Source: Octopus sinensis (lineage: Eukaryota). From it: a stretch of 64,000 nt of DNA. The position numbers and the translations under genes are program-made. The stretch lies in the NCBI RefSeq assembly GCF_006345805.1, contig NC_042997.1, forward strand, positions 1,364,001 to 1,428,000. Direction: 5' to 3'. Shown here one piece after another: positions 37,826 through 52,500 of this stretch (positions are counted from its first letter, which is position 1; each line of letters opens with the position of its first letter). A model generated the notes under the pieces. The model worked only from the letters and a program-made list of their open reading frames with translations. It was not told the DNA's origin and searched no databases.

Positions 37826-39345
37826 TATCCACACTGTTCTTGGCAGGGCACCATCTGCAGACCAGGCCTCTGCTCTTTTTCCTCGCACCCGTCCTACCGT
37901 TTCCCATCTCCCGTTTCACATCACCTACCACCACTCCACGCTGCCCCTCCAGTGCACCATTCTCCGAGCCTACCTGTGTTTCCAGTCCGACCCCTGCACC
38001 ACGCACATCCTCCTCGGCCCCTGGTTCACAGTTTGTTCCCTAACCCCACGTCCCAACTTGGTTCGTTTCTCTGCTCTCGCACGAGCTGCTGCACACCACC
38101 ATCCTCAAAGCACCGGCCATCGTCACTATCACATCAACGACCCCTTTACCAGCACTTCTAGTTACGTCATTTACTGCATCTCTTGCTCTCTCTGTCCTTT
38201 CTACATTAGTAAAACGGGACGTCGCTCGGCTGACCAGTTCGCGGCGTACATCCCAGACAACAGATTCGGCAATGACACCCCGGTCTTGTGCCATTTCTGC
38301 TCTACCAGTAATTCGCTACTATATATCTCTGTGTTCGAACTATCTATGCACAAAGGCCATCCAGTCTCCCGCTTTCGCTGTGAACATGAATTATTCTTCT
38401 CTCTTCGCTTCTTTGCACGACATGCGCTCAACTCACCTCATCTCTTCATCTGACACCAGCCTCACCTCGTCTTTTCATTTGATACCAATCTCACCCCACT
38501 CCATACTCACAAGCACTGACCACTTGCCACGCCACTCACCATTATCCACACACCCACACACAACTTTCAATAGTGTAACCACAGATACCCCTTTATGAGC
38601 AGCCAAGCACACTGTTTATCTCTGTACAGACACCATACTCCTTCATGCTCACTCCCACACTCACACAAGCACGTAGTGCTTGAACACAGACAACATATAC
38701 TCCCACACTCACCCAGGAACATAATACCTGAACAGAGGTTATATATACAGAGAAACGCAACGCATTAACACACGTAACATACATAGACAAAGATAACTTT
38801 TGCCCACATATATACACCATACACATGCACACTGTTAAGTCACAGACACACAAACATACACACACACATGTGCACACACCGCTTGAAAAAGCACACATCA
38901 ACTGATACATACAACACACACATACACATGTTACACAGGCACACGCTCACACACGTCAGAGTCACTTGCCCTTATTCCCGCATACACACTTACACACTCA
39001 CACACACATTCTCACATACACACATGCACGCGCACCTTCTCTTGTTGCGATCGCTAGTACTTTATTATGTCCCTTTCATTCAGCCTCTTTTTGTATCATT
39101 ATTATTATCTTCCTTTCTTTCAACGTCTTTTTTTCTAGACATTCGCCATGTTGGACCGCTGAAATCTGCAAGTGTTTTTCTTCTTTTTTTCATTCTCTCC
39201 GTTTATTTTCCTTTATTCTTTTCTGTTGAAGATCCTAGGCTCGAAACGTTAAAAACTTTTTTCATTTTACCCAGAGCGTCAAACTTATATACTTGCTTGT
39301 TGTATATACACATGCCTTTGTCTATTGTTTTTCTATAAATTTCAA
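37826..39345 (+). mobile_element. Penelope-like element remnant: RT C-terminus/linker, GIY-YIG endonuclease (38130-38453), CA-rich 3' region, hammerhead-like terminal repeat (39218-39255)
   Basis: FTSTSSYVIYCISCSLCPFYISKTGRRSADQFAAY..DTPVLCHF..EHELFFSLRFFARHALN is a degraded PLE GIY-YIG domain. Confidence 0.8.
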
Positions 39346-42300
39346 CTATACATACACAAAGTTCATATAGGCAGGTATACACACACGTACATATATGTAT
39401 ATATATATATATATATATGTATATATGCTTGCGTGCGCGAGTGTATGTGTATGCGTGTGTCTGTGTGGAATTTTGTTTTTTTATTTCAGACGTTTGTCAT
39501 TATGTATTATTTTTTATTTCCTTTCATTTCTTTATATACTTTAACGTTTATGTTTGTTTTTTTCTGTTTATCTATATTTTCTATTGACGCCTCCTTTTTC
39601 TTATTTTACCTTTTCTAAGTCCATATACATTCTTTCTATTTTAATCAACGTCCATCACATCACTGAATTTATAAATACTGTGTTTTACTGCCAGTCATCA
39701 GCTAGGTGATCAGAAACACACGCGAAATCTAGATGAGTAACAACAGTACTTCATTTATCACGTATTCATATTTCACATAGCAATCTGCTGGATGGTAATT
39801 AGATATATATTTTGGTGAGTAATTTGAATACCACAGTAATTTCACCCTAATTCTAAGTACACTTCTTATTTGTTTGTAAATCACACACACGCATACACAT
39901 ATACATTTAGGGTGTATGTATGTGTATATATATACATGTGTGTATGTATATATATATACATGTGTGTATGTATGTATGAATATATGTATGTATGTAGCTA
40001 TATCTATCTCTCTCTCTCTCTATATATATATATATACATACATGTATATATACATATGTATATATAAATATATATGCACATACATATTTATTTAATAACT
40101 CTATAGTTTTAATCATTTTCAATGTTATATATGTGTGTGTGTGTCTGTGTGTGTGAATATATATTGAAATATATTGAGTTGAATATAGGCATGTAAAACG
40201 AAGTAGAAAAATTTATATACAGAAACACCCCTCCTTTTTCCATACATCCTATCAATCCATATTCATATACGAGTATAAACATACAAACCTATTCGTTCTG
40301 TATGCACAAAAATGCAGAGTATTTCTAAAATGCCGCAATAGTTTGTTAAACACTCATCATTATATAAAATGACCATTATTAAGAGAAATATATGGAATAT
40401 TTATAATGATTTATGAATGGATTTAAACATATATATTTCAATTGACTGTATTTATACATATATATGTGTGTATGTATACGCAAATTCAAACATATGTACA
40501 AAATTACAAACCGGCAAATAAAGTTATTTTACTAAACACATGAATATATCCAGGTATGATCTTTTGTTTTTAAATTAAGAATTCTTTAGATTTCCCTTAC
40601 GTTTTGGCCGGATCATTATTAACCTTACTAAATTCAGTAGTGCATTAATGCTTTTAATCAATCTGTTTGCCAACATAAGGTTTAAAGTTGTAGAAGTGGG
40701 TATTTTCTTGCGTTGAATTTCAAACAATCATGGAGATATTTGTAATATTTTTAACGCAGAATTTAAAAAGCCTTCAACGGCTGAATCCAATCCAGCCGTG
40801 TTTGTAATTTCATATGTGCTCTTCCTTTGAATTAATTCTGTTTGATGCTTTGCTTTTATTGAAATTCTATATAGAATTGTAGTGTCATCAACTATTTTCT
40901 CTTTCTGTTCTTTATAATGCATTGCTGTGTGCCGCGATGGCATCTTGTAATTGTATTGGAATTTATTTATTTATTAAGTATCTTCATGCTAAAAGTATTG
41001 CGGTCTTATAATGTACTATACAAATTATCTATAGACTTTTCACCAAAATTTAGTATTACGGTGATTGTAAATAGTTCATCGGTAAATTATGTACATGAAT
41101 AAAAAAAAGGTGGACTGTTGTACATACATTTCAACTAATTCTGTCGACTTCCTCACTAGCTGTACACATTCGTGTTTAATATCTTCAAATACATTGCTTG
41201 GAACCACATAAATTTAGCGGTTAAAATGTGGACAGATTAGCTGTTAGAATAACTTTCCTTGATTTGGTAATCTGCGTTTCTGTGTTAATAACAATGTTTC
41301 ACTTCCTGCCATTTTTTTGTGATAATGCTTAATGAATACGTGGGTAGGTTTGTTATATGTTTTATGCCTTGTAATTCTTTTTTTTATTATTATTCCTTTC
41401 AATAAGGACAATACGGTATTACAGTTTACGTTAAGTGTAGTGTGAATACTTTTTACTTGGGTTTCTGTGTGACATATCACCGTGACTGATTTTTCCTTTG
41501 GATCGCTCTGTGCTGCTTTCAACTAGTATATGATCGTATCCATTAATTGATATTTGTTTTCAAATTAGGGTTTCCATATTTAAACCTTCGTTGATTCATG
41601 AATTCATGGAAAGAAGGTATTTAACCTGCAAAATTTGACTTGCAATATCCGTTAATTAACATTTGCTTTTAATGTAGGGATTTCATATTTAGACCTTCTT
41701 TGGTTTATGAATAGAATCGAAAAGGGTATTTGACTTGCAATATTTTATATGTATGAGAATATTCATGATTCGCGTAACTCTAAATACATTTGATCAATTT
41801 TAAGGTATAGAGAAGTACTGTAAATGCCATTCGCTATTCTCCACTTTATATCCTTGAAAGATGTATTAATAAATGCTAAACTATATTACAGCTGAATGAA
41901 CAAAATGTAATTATAATAATGCAATGGAAGCAGTTCTTTACAAAAACTCTATCAGTATACCATGCATAATATATACGTGGCACACACATGCACAAAATAA
42001 CAACCCCACATACACGCAAGCACACATTTACACACGTACATACAATTACACACATGCATACACGTACACACATGCATACACGTACACACATATACTACTC
42101 CCACATACAAACCTATAAGATTTGGTTAAGAAACTACTGAAAATATATCCTAACTTGGAGATTTGATTATTTATTAGGAAAGTGAATCAACACCAAGTTT
42201 TGTAGGCGTAGAATATGTCCACCTTATCAGATGTAAAGAAATCATCCGCAGTGAAGTTAAAACATTAAAAAATATGATATTGGTGATATTATTTAGCCAG

Positions 42301-42454
42301 CAATGGACCCACAGTGTTAAGAAGCTGAATAGTCAATAACATCATTAGAAGTAGCGCGCTTTATGTAATTTTCAATTGTAGCTAATTGTTGGCCAAGTTA
42401 GGTTTGTATTTTCAGGGGCTCGGTGGCTAATTCCAATAATACATAATCTTTTAA

Positions 42455-42647
42455 TCTTGGCACAAGGCCCGAAAATTTGGAGGAGGGGGACTAGTCGATT
42501 AGATCAACACTAGTACGTAACTGGTACTTAATTTATTGATCCCGAAATGATGAAATTCGGCGGAATTTGAACTCAGATCGTAATGACGGACGAAACAGCG
42601 CTAAGCATTTCGCCCGACGTGCTAACGTTGCTGCCAGCTTGCGGCCT
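42455..42647 (-). mobile_element. SINE family D
   Basis: Reverse complement begins GGCCGCAAGCTGGCAGCAACGTTAGCACGTCGGGCGAAATGCTTAGCG. Confidence 0.8.
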
Positions 42648-42843
42648 TACAGCCGCTGAAATTTTGGAATTTACGCAATACCGACTAACCAATTCCAACA
42701 TCTGTGTACCTTCCAATGTGTAATAAATGAACTTCTGTCACTTGTCAGATGAAGAAAATACATGATGTGAACTGGCGAATAGGAACATCAATATTTTCAC
42801 CTGGAGGATATTTTAGATTTTTTAACACTCTTCATGACGTGTG

Positions 42844-42898
<55 letters not shown>

Positions 42899-42905
42899 CT
42901 GTGAG

Positions 42906-43131
42906 TGTGAAGTATATTTGCCACTTAAATGTGGCTAACCACTAAGGGTGGATGCTACTGTAGGTTGTAGCCCCAGAAGAACATCTCCAGTTGGCTATTG
43001 ACACACTTTCTGAGCCATATAGCACAGAAAGTGTGTCAATAGTCAACTGAAGATGTTCTCCTGGGGCTACAACCTACAGCAGCATCCGCCCTTAGTGGTT
43101 AGCCACATTTAAGTGGCAAATATACTTCACA
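42906..43131. repeat. Palindrome: 107-bp arms, 12-bp spacer (MITE/foldback-like)
   Basis: 42906-43012 and 43025-43131 are reverse complements with 5 mismatches by eye, all transitions. Confidence 0.92.
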
Positions 43132-43779
43132 TTGACGTGCAGCTACTGTTTATACCTCGTTCAGAGATTTATTATTATTATATATATATATAAAGTTAAT
43201 CCAAACAAGAAAACATATATAGGATTTGTGAGTGTATGTGGCGGGGGGTGCATGCGCCCTGTATAAGATTAATGACAGATGACTGAAACCAGTAAAACAG
43301 TAGAAAATATAATAGAATTAAACATATTCCATATAATTAGCCACATACAAACTCCTATAACTTCGTGCTTTCGTGAGTAAGTGAATATTAACTAATATTT
43401 ACTATATTATGAATTTAGATTAAAAGCATACAATGGTTTCTTTGTGACGTTTATACGCATAAAATGTAATCGCATGTTTATTATATTAAGGCAAGACAGT
43501 TTTCCTTTTTCAATTCAGTTCTTTACATTTTATATTTATTTAACGTCTGTGAAATTGTTGTTGCGTTAAGAGTTAATGGAAACTGCAGTTTTCAATTCAA
43601 ATATAATGTTAAAAGTCTTGTTTATAGGTTGTTTGCTCCCCTTAATCAGTGGAGTAAGTAATGCATTACTCAGTTCGAGTCGAGTTTCATTCGGTTCATA
43701 TTTATGTAAGTGAGCGAATTATATCTGGTGCTACTAATCCATAATAATATTCAAGATTGTATGGAGAATATTTTTTATT

Positions 43780-44005
43780 TTTTCTCTTTTACTTGTTTCA
43801 GGTATTAGACTGCGGTCATGTTGGGGCACAGCCTTGAAAAATTTTCAATCGATTGTATCGACTCCAATACTTAATTGTAAAATTCCTGGCACTTATGCTA
43901 TCGGTGACATTTGCCGAACCGCTTTGTTACGGGGATTTAAACACTTCACCACTTATTGTCAGGCACAGACTCACACGCCCCCTCCCACACACAAAACACA
44001 TACAA

Positions 44006-44080
<75 letters not shown>

Positions 44081-44240
44081 CATATATTGACATATATATA
44101 TATATACATATATATACATAAACGGGATTCTTTCAGTTTCCGTCAACCAAATCCACTCACTGTTACTGCCCACGGTATCAAGCTGTTGCACTGAACCTTG
44201 ACCCATGTGATGATGATGCACGCTTGTTACCACACAGCCA
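43780..44240 (-). mobile_element. SINE family B, diverged, with expanded internal (TA)n
   Basis: Tail TTTTACTTGTTTCAG..GACTGCGGTCATGTTGG and head-side CAAATCCACTCAC..TTACCACACAGCC. Confidence 0.7.
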
Positions 44241-44461
44241 AGTTTATTAATTTTGTATGGTAATTTTTAAAATACTGAATGCAAAAACAACACAATATTA
44301 AGTATAATTTACCTCAAAACAATATAATACCTACATCATTAACATGTAATTAGTATTCCCTTAGAGTTATTAAAGGAAGTACGAAACTTTCTCGCTCATG
44401 TGTGCTTTTGTTTCACATTACGTTTTCCATAAACTCTGTTCAGTGTTTAACATGTTACGTT

Positions 44462-44758
44462 TATTCCCTCTCGAGCCACGCCTGGCTCATAAGGGCCGGT
44501 TTCCCGGTTTCATTGACGTATAGGTTCCCCACATGGACCGGACGACGGTCCGTCGTAGGTGAGCTGCTAGATGCAAGAGGAAAGAGTGAGAGAAAGTTGT
44601 GGCGAACGAGTCAGCAGAATTTCGCCATTACCTTCTGGCGGAGCCGCGTGGAGCTTAGGTGTTTCACTCGTAAACACGCACAACGCCAGGTCTGAGATTC
44701 AAACGCGCGATCCCTCGACCGCGTGTCTGCTGCTCTAACCACTATGCCATGTGCCTCA
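44462..44758 (-). mobile_element. SINE family C1
   Basis: Reverse-complement homolog of 29614-29918. Confidence 0.85.
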
Positions 44759-45452
44759 ACTAACATGTTATATCTATCCTATAAGTAATTTACTGCTGCT
44801 CAACCAGCTGAAATCATTTAAGTTTGAAAGCATTCAGTGCACAAATGACTTCATATAACAATTAAGGAGTGATTATTTAGCATTAAATTTAGTAGATGTA
44901 GATTCTGTGGATTCAAGCATGTTTATATTAACATGTGAAGTATTTCAAACCTATTTAGAGCATTACAGCGATACTATTCTCTATTAAAAAAAAAAACTTA
45001 TTTCATCCCTTTAATCTAAATCATTAAAACGTATCCCCCAAACAATCAAAACTGTATTATGTCAGGCACTTATATCGACGTAATATAAATTCCATATTAG
45101 TTTTAGTTACGGAATGTCATCTATATACAGCATTAGAATCTTAACGTAAGCAGAATATCAAGCATGAAAATGAGCAAAGGATGGTGGTGGAACCTAAATA
45201 ATTCGAAATATTTGTAAAATGTCACATGTAACAAATAAATCTTTGAATTAATTACAGCAGAAACAGTATAGACATTGCACGGAATACTAATGTGTGTGGC
45301 TTGCGAAGCTAGATGACGTACATGAAATAATCTGATACACTCTACAATATATTACAGACTTTGCATCCTTTCTTCTACACAGATATTTGAAATTTCTCTC
45401 TATTTCTATATTGTCAATACTTAGTTCCCTGCAACAATATACGCAATAAAAT

Positions 45453-46445
45453 GGCGGCGAGGTGGCAGAAACGTTAGCGCAACAGACGACATGCGGTATT
45501 TCGTCTGCCGCTACGTTCTGAGTTCAAATTCCGCCGAGGTCGACTTTGCCTTTCATCCTTTCGGGGTCGATTAAATAAGTACTGGAGTCGATATAATCGA
45601 CTTAATTCGTTTGTCTGTTTTTGTTTGTCCCCTCTGTGTGTAGCCCCTTGTGGGCAATAAAGAAATAAGAAATGTTAGCACGCCGGGCGAAATGCTTAGC
45701 GGTATTTCGTCTGCCGTTACGTTCTGAGATCAAATTCCGCCGAGGTCGACTTTGCCCTTCATCCTTTCGGAGTCGATAAATTAAGTACCAGTTACGCACT
45801 GGGGTCGATATAATCGACTTAATCCGTTTGTCTGTCCTTGTTTTTTCTCTCTGTGTTTAGTCCCTTGTGGGTAGTAAAGAAATATGTATTTCGTCTGCCG
45901 CTACGTTCTGAGTTCAAATTCTGCCGAGGTTGACTTTGCCTTTCATCCTTTCGGGGTCGATTAAATAAGTACGAGTTACGCACTGGAGTCGATATAATCA
46001 ACTTAATCCGTTTGTATGTTCTTGTTTGTCCCCTCTGTGTGTAGCCCCGTGTGGGCAATAAGAAAATAAGAAACGTTAAAACGCCGGGCGAATTGCTTAG
46101 CGGTATTTCGTCTGCCGTTACGTTCTGAGTTCAAATTCTGCCACGGTCGACTTTGCCTTTCACCCTTTTGGGGTAGATTAAATAAGTGCCAGTTACGTAC
46201 GGGGGTCGATATAATCGGCTTAATCCGTTTGTCTGTCCTTGTTTGTCCTCTCTGTGTTTAGCCCCTTGTGGGTAGCAAAGAAATAGGTACTTCGTCTGTC
46301 TTTACGTTCTGAGTTCAAATTTCGCCGAGGTCGACTTTGCGTTTCATCCCATCGGGGACCATGAAATAAGTACGAGTTACTCACTGGCGTTGATAAAATC
46401 GACTGCCCCCCTTCTCCAAAATTTCAGGCATTGTGCCTAGAGTAG
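45453..46445 (+). mobile_element. Tandem array of ~5 family-D SINE units (~185-220 bp each)
   Basis: GTATTTCGTCTGCCG.TACGTTCTGAGTTCAAATT..GCCGAGGTCGACTTTGC recurs five times; only the first unit has the full GGCGGCGAG head. Confidence 0.9.
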
Positions 46446-46487
46446 AAAAGAAAATATGCAATGCAAGACAGACGTTGTCGAGTATCC

Positions 46488-46548
<61 letters not shown>

Positions 46549-46952
46549 TGTCTGCGTGTGTGTGCCTGTGCGTGTGTGTTTGTGTAAAGGGAAGATTCAA
46601 GGATCACATTGTAGGTAATTATGTAGCTTCGATCTGTCTGTAGAGGGTATAAAAATCTTCAACCCTTCTCCTTCTACCCCTCTCTACTAACAGATTCTAA
46701 ATTTATATCACTCTGTTTAAATGTATTTACAAAGTGCCACAATGTAGTTACTTATTCCTTCTGCAGTAGACCCAGTAAATGATCCCAGCCTAAATTCACA
46801 ATGACATTCCCCTATTCAACTTCAGTAATTATGGCAAACATTTCCCCCTACTTGTCCCCCTCTCCTTTTTTTTTCCTGATTCTTATAATTTTCCTAAACA
46901 TGTTTAGACATTTACCAAGCTCCACGTATGATAACTTTACAAATATATACAT

Positions 46953-46985
<33 letters not shown>

Positions 46986-47039
46986 TATATATATGTGTGT
47001 GTGTTTATGTGTGTATATATATATATATGTGTGTGTATT

Positions 47040-47092
<53 letters not shown>

Positions 47093-47377
47093 ATATATAT
47101 ATGTGTGTATGTATGTATGTATGTGTATGAATGCGTGCGTGTGTGTGTGTGTACCTACAAAATTAGGTTATTGAATAGATAAAATCCAGGTTACATGTGT
47201 TTTATTGCTTTAAAACTCGGAGGAAGTAATTGATTATACGAGGTCTAATTCGTTAGCTACTCGCCGGGCAAAGAAACCTTAAGGGAAGAGAAAGTATATT
47301 TGTAAAATTATCATACGTGGAGTTGGGTAAATGTCTAAACATGTTTAGGAAATATATATATATATATATATATAATA

Positions 47378-48253
47378 ATAATATGCAGTTTAATACTGAA
47401 AGATTCCAGGCCCTGCGCTACCAGCATCCAAAACTGAATATTAAACTTACAGGATATACCTGTCCACAGGGAATTTCAATCCCAGAGCCTAAGTCTGTAA
47501 GGTACCTGGGTATCGACATGAGTGATGATACCTCTTTCCAAGTGCACATTGCCAGGATGGCGACAAAGTTCAGACGACTGCCTGGGTGGATCCTAAGAAC
47601 ATTCAGAACCAGAGATAAGGAAACCATGATGGTCCTCTGGCGGACATTCGTCCTCAACCGTCTGGATTACTGCTCATAGCTATGGTCACCCACCAGTGTA
47701 AAATTAACAGCTGACCTTGAAGCAATACAGAGAAGATTCACAAAGAAGATCGTCTCTTTGCAACAGCTCAGCTACTGGGAAAGGTTGAAACAGCTAAGAC
47801 TCTACTCCCTGGAGAGAAGACGGGAGAGGTATGCAGTAATATATGTCTGGAAGACCCTGGAAGAAATTATGCCAAATTTTGGCATTGTAAGCTACACTAA
47901 TGCTAGAACGGGATGACACTGTATAGTGCCAAAGATCCCAGCAATGCCATCACGCTTCAGGATCAGCTTCTGCAACAGCCTGGGTTTCAAGGATCCACAG
48001 CTTTTTAATAGTCTGCCAAAGAGTCTCAGAAACTTACACAACGTAGATGTAGCGGTTTCTAAATCAAAGCTGGACATCTTCCTGTCGAGAGTTGCAGATG
48101 AACCTACCTCACGGCAAGAGGTGCAAGTGAGAGTAGCTATATCAAACTCCATTCTTCACCAAGTGCCACATATTAGACGAGGTTCTTCGCAATAACAGTG
48201 TAGCACAAAACGGCGGAGCATCAGCATGGCCGCAGCTCTGAGCTGAAACCAGA

Positions 48254-48255
<2 letters not shown>
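47378..48255 (+). mobile_element. CR1-type LINE, 5'-truncated 3' portion
   Basis: NNMQFNTERFQALRY..VRYLGIDMSDD..GWILRTFRTRD..RLDYCS..LEAIQRRFTK..LYSLERRRERY..FNSLPKSLRN; tail CATGGCCGCAGCTCTGAGCTGAAAC. Confidence 0.9.
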
Positions 48256-49015
<760 letters not shown>

Positions 49016-49042
49016 GTATATATATATATAGATATGTATGAA

Positions 49043-49306
49043 TATAAGAGGGGATTTTTTAAACCACTATGTGGAAACCCTTATGCTAGAAGAAGATCCG
49101 CTCTGATCTTAACCACTGAGAATAAGTATTGCTCTCCAGAAACATTTAGCACACCAGAAACGTAAGCGAGCATCCATTTGTCTTGCTCCCTTACGTTTCT
49201 GGTGTGCTAAATTTTTCTGGAGAACAATTCTTAGTGGTTAAGGCCATAGCGGATCTTCTTCTAGCATAAGGGTTTCCACATAGTGGTTAAAAAATTCCCT
49301 ATTATA
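49043..49306. repeat. Palindrome with ~125-bp imperfect arms and ~11-nt loop (MITE/foldback-like)
   Basis: AACCACTATGTGGAAACCCTTATGCTAGAAGAAGATCCGCT...CACACCAGAAACGTAAG mirrors CTTACGTTTCTGGTGTG...AGCGGATCTTCTTCTAGCATAAGGGTTTCCACATAGTGGTT; TA-rich at both ends. Confidence 0.9.
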
Positions 49307-49436
49307 TCTATGTATGAAATACTATTTACTGAATCTCAGTTTTTTTTTATATGTTAAAATTGATGGTATCAAATTAATATCAAATTTTTTTACCCTCATT
49401 TTGATTTTATATATATATATATACGTACATACATAT

Positions 49437-49489
<53 letters not shown>

Positions 49490-49543
49490 CATACATACAT
49501 ACATACATACATACATACATACAAACATACATACATACATACA

Positions 49544-49574
<31 letters not shown>

Positions 49575-52500
49575 TTTGATGTAACTACAGCAAGATTCAT
49601 TGACATTGAGAGATGAAATGGGAACGTAAAAAGTACATAGAACTTTCTAAATAGGTGTTGCATTATAGCTGCATTAGAACAGGTTGCAGGAGGAAACAAT
49701 GTAATAATATATATATTATGTTAGTGAGCGAAGGTCTGGCATCCATTTGGATCGTTGGGTTTCGGGATCCATCTAAAATATTTAAGTGTTGCATGTGTTG
49801 CAACCCGGATATTGTGAAGTACATTTAGTGTGATAAACAATGTTTTCACTTAGTAGTCAGCACGCTGATAAGTGCTAATTTTTTTTCTGAAATTAAAGTG
49901 ACTTTGGTTTTCGTTTTGTTGTAGATGTATGGTTCGGACATGGTAAAAATAATTGAAGTATTTAGTGCTATGTTTTTTTATGGGTAGAATCAGTAAAGAT
50001 ATAAGAACTACATATAACTATATATAAATATATACACTGAAACGTTTGTCTCAATAATTTTAAAAAATAACTTACCTTTGAAGATTCAGTTGAACAACAT
50101 GCTGAAAATCTTATTTAGGTCTTGATTGTATAACTTTTAATGAACTATAAATAAACTTACTAATCTTACCTGTCCCCCAAAATTCTATAAGACATTGCAA
50201 AATGCAATACTTCTTACATGAGTTAGTGTCAATCATTCTGGGGAGGTGTACAGCCTATTTTATATATTAGAGAACGTTGACTGGTAAATATATTTACGCA
50301 TGTTTGTATGTTTGTATCAGTGGGTGTAGAATTTCTATGTAATCCCCCATGAAACTGCACTTGCATGATGTTGTAATTAATTACGCTTATCTTCCATATA
50401 TCAACTTTCTAAAATCAGCTTACTGGTTATTTATATTCCAGGGATATCTACACCAAATCAGGCTCGTGTCTTTTTTGCAATATTTCCGACAAGGGAAGCA
50501 TACGAAAAATCCCAATTTCTGAGGAAATAGAAGTGATAAATTGGGGAGAATAAATATCTCTAGTAGAAATATTGGAATACAGATTATCCATAATACAACG
50601 TGAAGTTGCCAAATTTAAACAAATTATTTGGAAAGGAAACAAAAATACTAAATACCGACTATTATAGCGAAACGGGAAATATTCTGGATAAATTTCAGTC
50701 CAAAATCTTTCATTCGAGAGACGAATAGACTACACAGTTGCAAGTTATAATTGACTGTTATTTTGAACTAAACGAAAAATACGTCTAGGCTTGTCGTAGT
50801 CACACTAATAATCTTTTTAACGTCATAACATAAGAAGGTAGTGTTTGTGAATGTAAAATATATGAGCGGGTGTTTTCTCTCTGTTGGACTTCCTTCATAA
50901 TTACGCTAATTGTGACGAGTTGATTTTCAAACGACTAATGTGTAAGGTCTATCTTACGAGAAGATGAATATCAATTATTCAGTTTGATGGTCTTACTGGA
51001 CTTTTCTTGAGTCTATAGTCGTCCATATCCTCGCTGTGAAGGTAAGCATCGGGTGTCACCAATGTCACAATGAAAAGTGGCGCCGGATGTCACCAATGTC
51101 TCTATGGTTGCTTGTGTAGTAAATGTAAATATATTTTGTTGGTTGAGTGAATATCAACTAAGGTAAAACACGCGCATATTTCAATGAAATTCTTATTGCT
51201 AAATACAAGGATAATTGTTGTCGGCCACTTACTATTAACAACATTCAAAATTGCGTATTGAGAATAAAGAGAAAAATGTCACCTTGACAGTATGTTTTTC
51301 GTATGAAATATTGCGTAAAGGTTCCGAGCGAGTCTTACTGAAAATGTGGAGTTTTCAGCGCAAATGTCAAGAATGGAGGCGCATGTCGCTCAGCGGATTT
51401 CATCATTAAGAAGCCTCGAAAGCGACCCAATGTAGGGTACAAGAACATTCAAGAAAACAACATCACGCCACAGCTTCGCGCCTGATAGTTTATCTAGTAG
51501 ACCGAACATCCTGTAGCTCGCTCGTAGTCTCTGAATTAGTTATCAAGCTTTTGATGTCTGGAAACACCACTATAATATTGGTTTTAGATATTCTCACCAT
51601 CTTTTGTGTTGATAGGAAGGAATTACAGAAAATGATTGCGTAGTTGGAAGATCCTTAAATTTTCGACTTTTACTTTTGTCTTATTTGTATGACTTCATTG
51701 AAATATTTCCATAAATATGTTAAAGGCGAAATTGATTGAAAGACAGCGTGTGTGTAATATTTGACATAGTATGCTGTTTAAATATGTTGCTGTTGAAGTT
51801 ATTGTTGTTGATATAGCTGTTTACTCTATATAATGTTTTAGTCTTAATTATTAGAGTTCTTTTGCATAAAAAAAGTTTATCAGATTCTTATTTTAAAATG
51901 GTATAAAGCTGATTTTATTATTTCCTTAGTTGTTTCACGCTGAGTGAAACGTGTCTATTGAGAATAATATCTTCAATTAAGAGGCATATGAAGCTTGTAC
52001 GTATCACTTTCATCCTAAGCAATTAGAAGAGAAAATTGTAGTCTTGCTTCTACTTAAAATAATGATCGGTTTCAGCAGGTAATATATAATTATAGCACAT
52101 TGATGTGATACACTGCCTGTAACAGTACACAAACTAACCTTGCTTCTTATCCACCAATGTATTAAATTCAGTCTAACTCAGATTATAATTACTTACGTTA
52201 TGTATCTCGAAAAAATAATAGTTAAAGGTTTAATTTGGAGTAATTTAGCTCTCAAATTTGAGATAAAATTTTACACATCACTGTACAAATATTCGCACTC
52301 TATCACTTTGAGTAATTTCCTTTTCATTTTATTCTTGTAAATAGGAATTCTTGAAGTGGTAATAAAGCATATAAAACCGAATCGAATAACATAACATATG
52401 CATATATCCCCTTATATTCAGAATTATGAAACCTTCGGATATCGACATTATTTTCATTTATCAGTAGCAGATAATAAAATATGTCATATTTGGACAATAT

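Noticed and set aside
51359-51485. Possible terminal exon with KKPRKRP NLS-like motif in a CpG-richer patch
   Set aside because: Only ~41 codons with a weak acceptor and no homology I can name.
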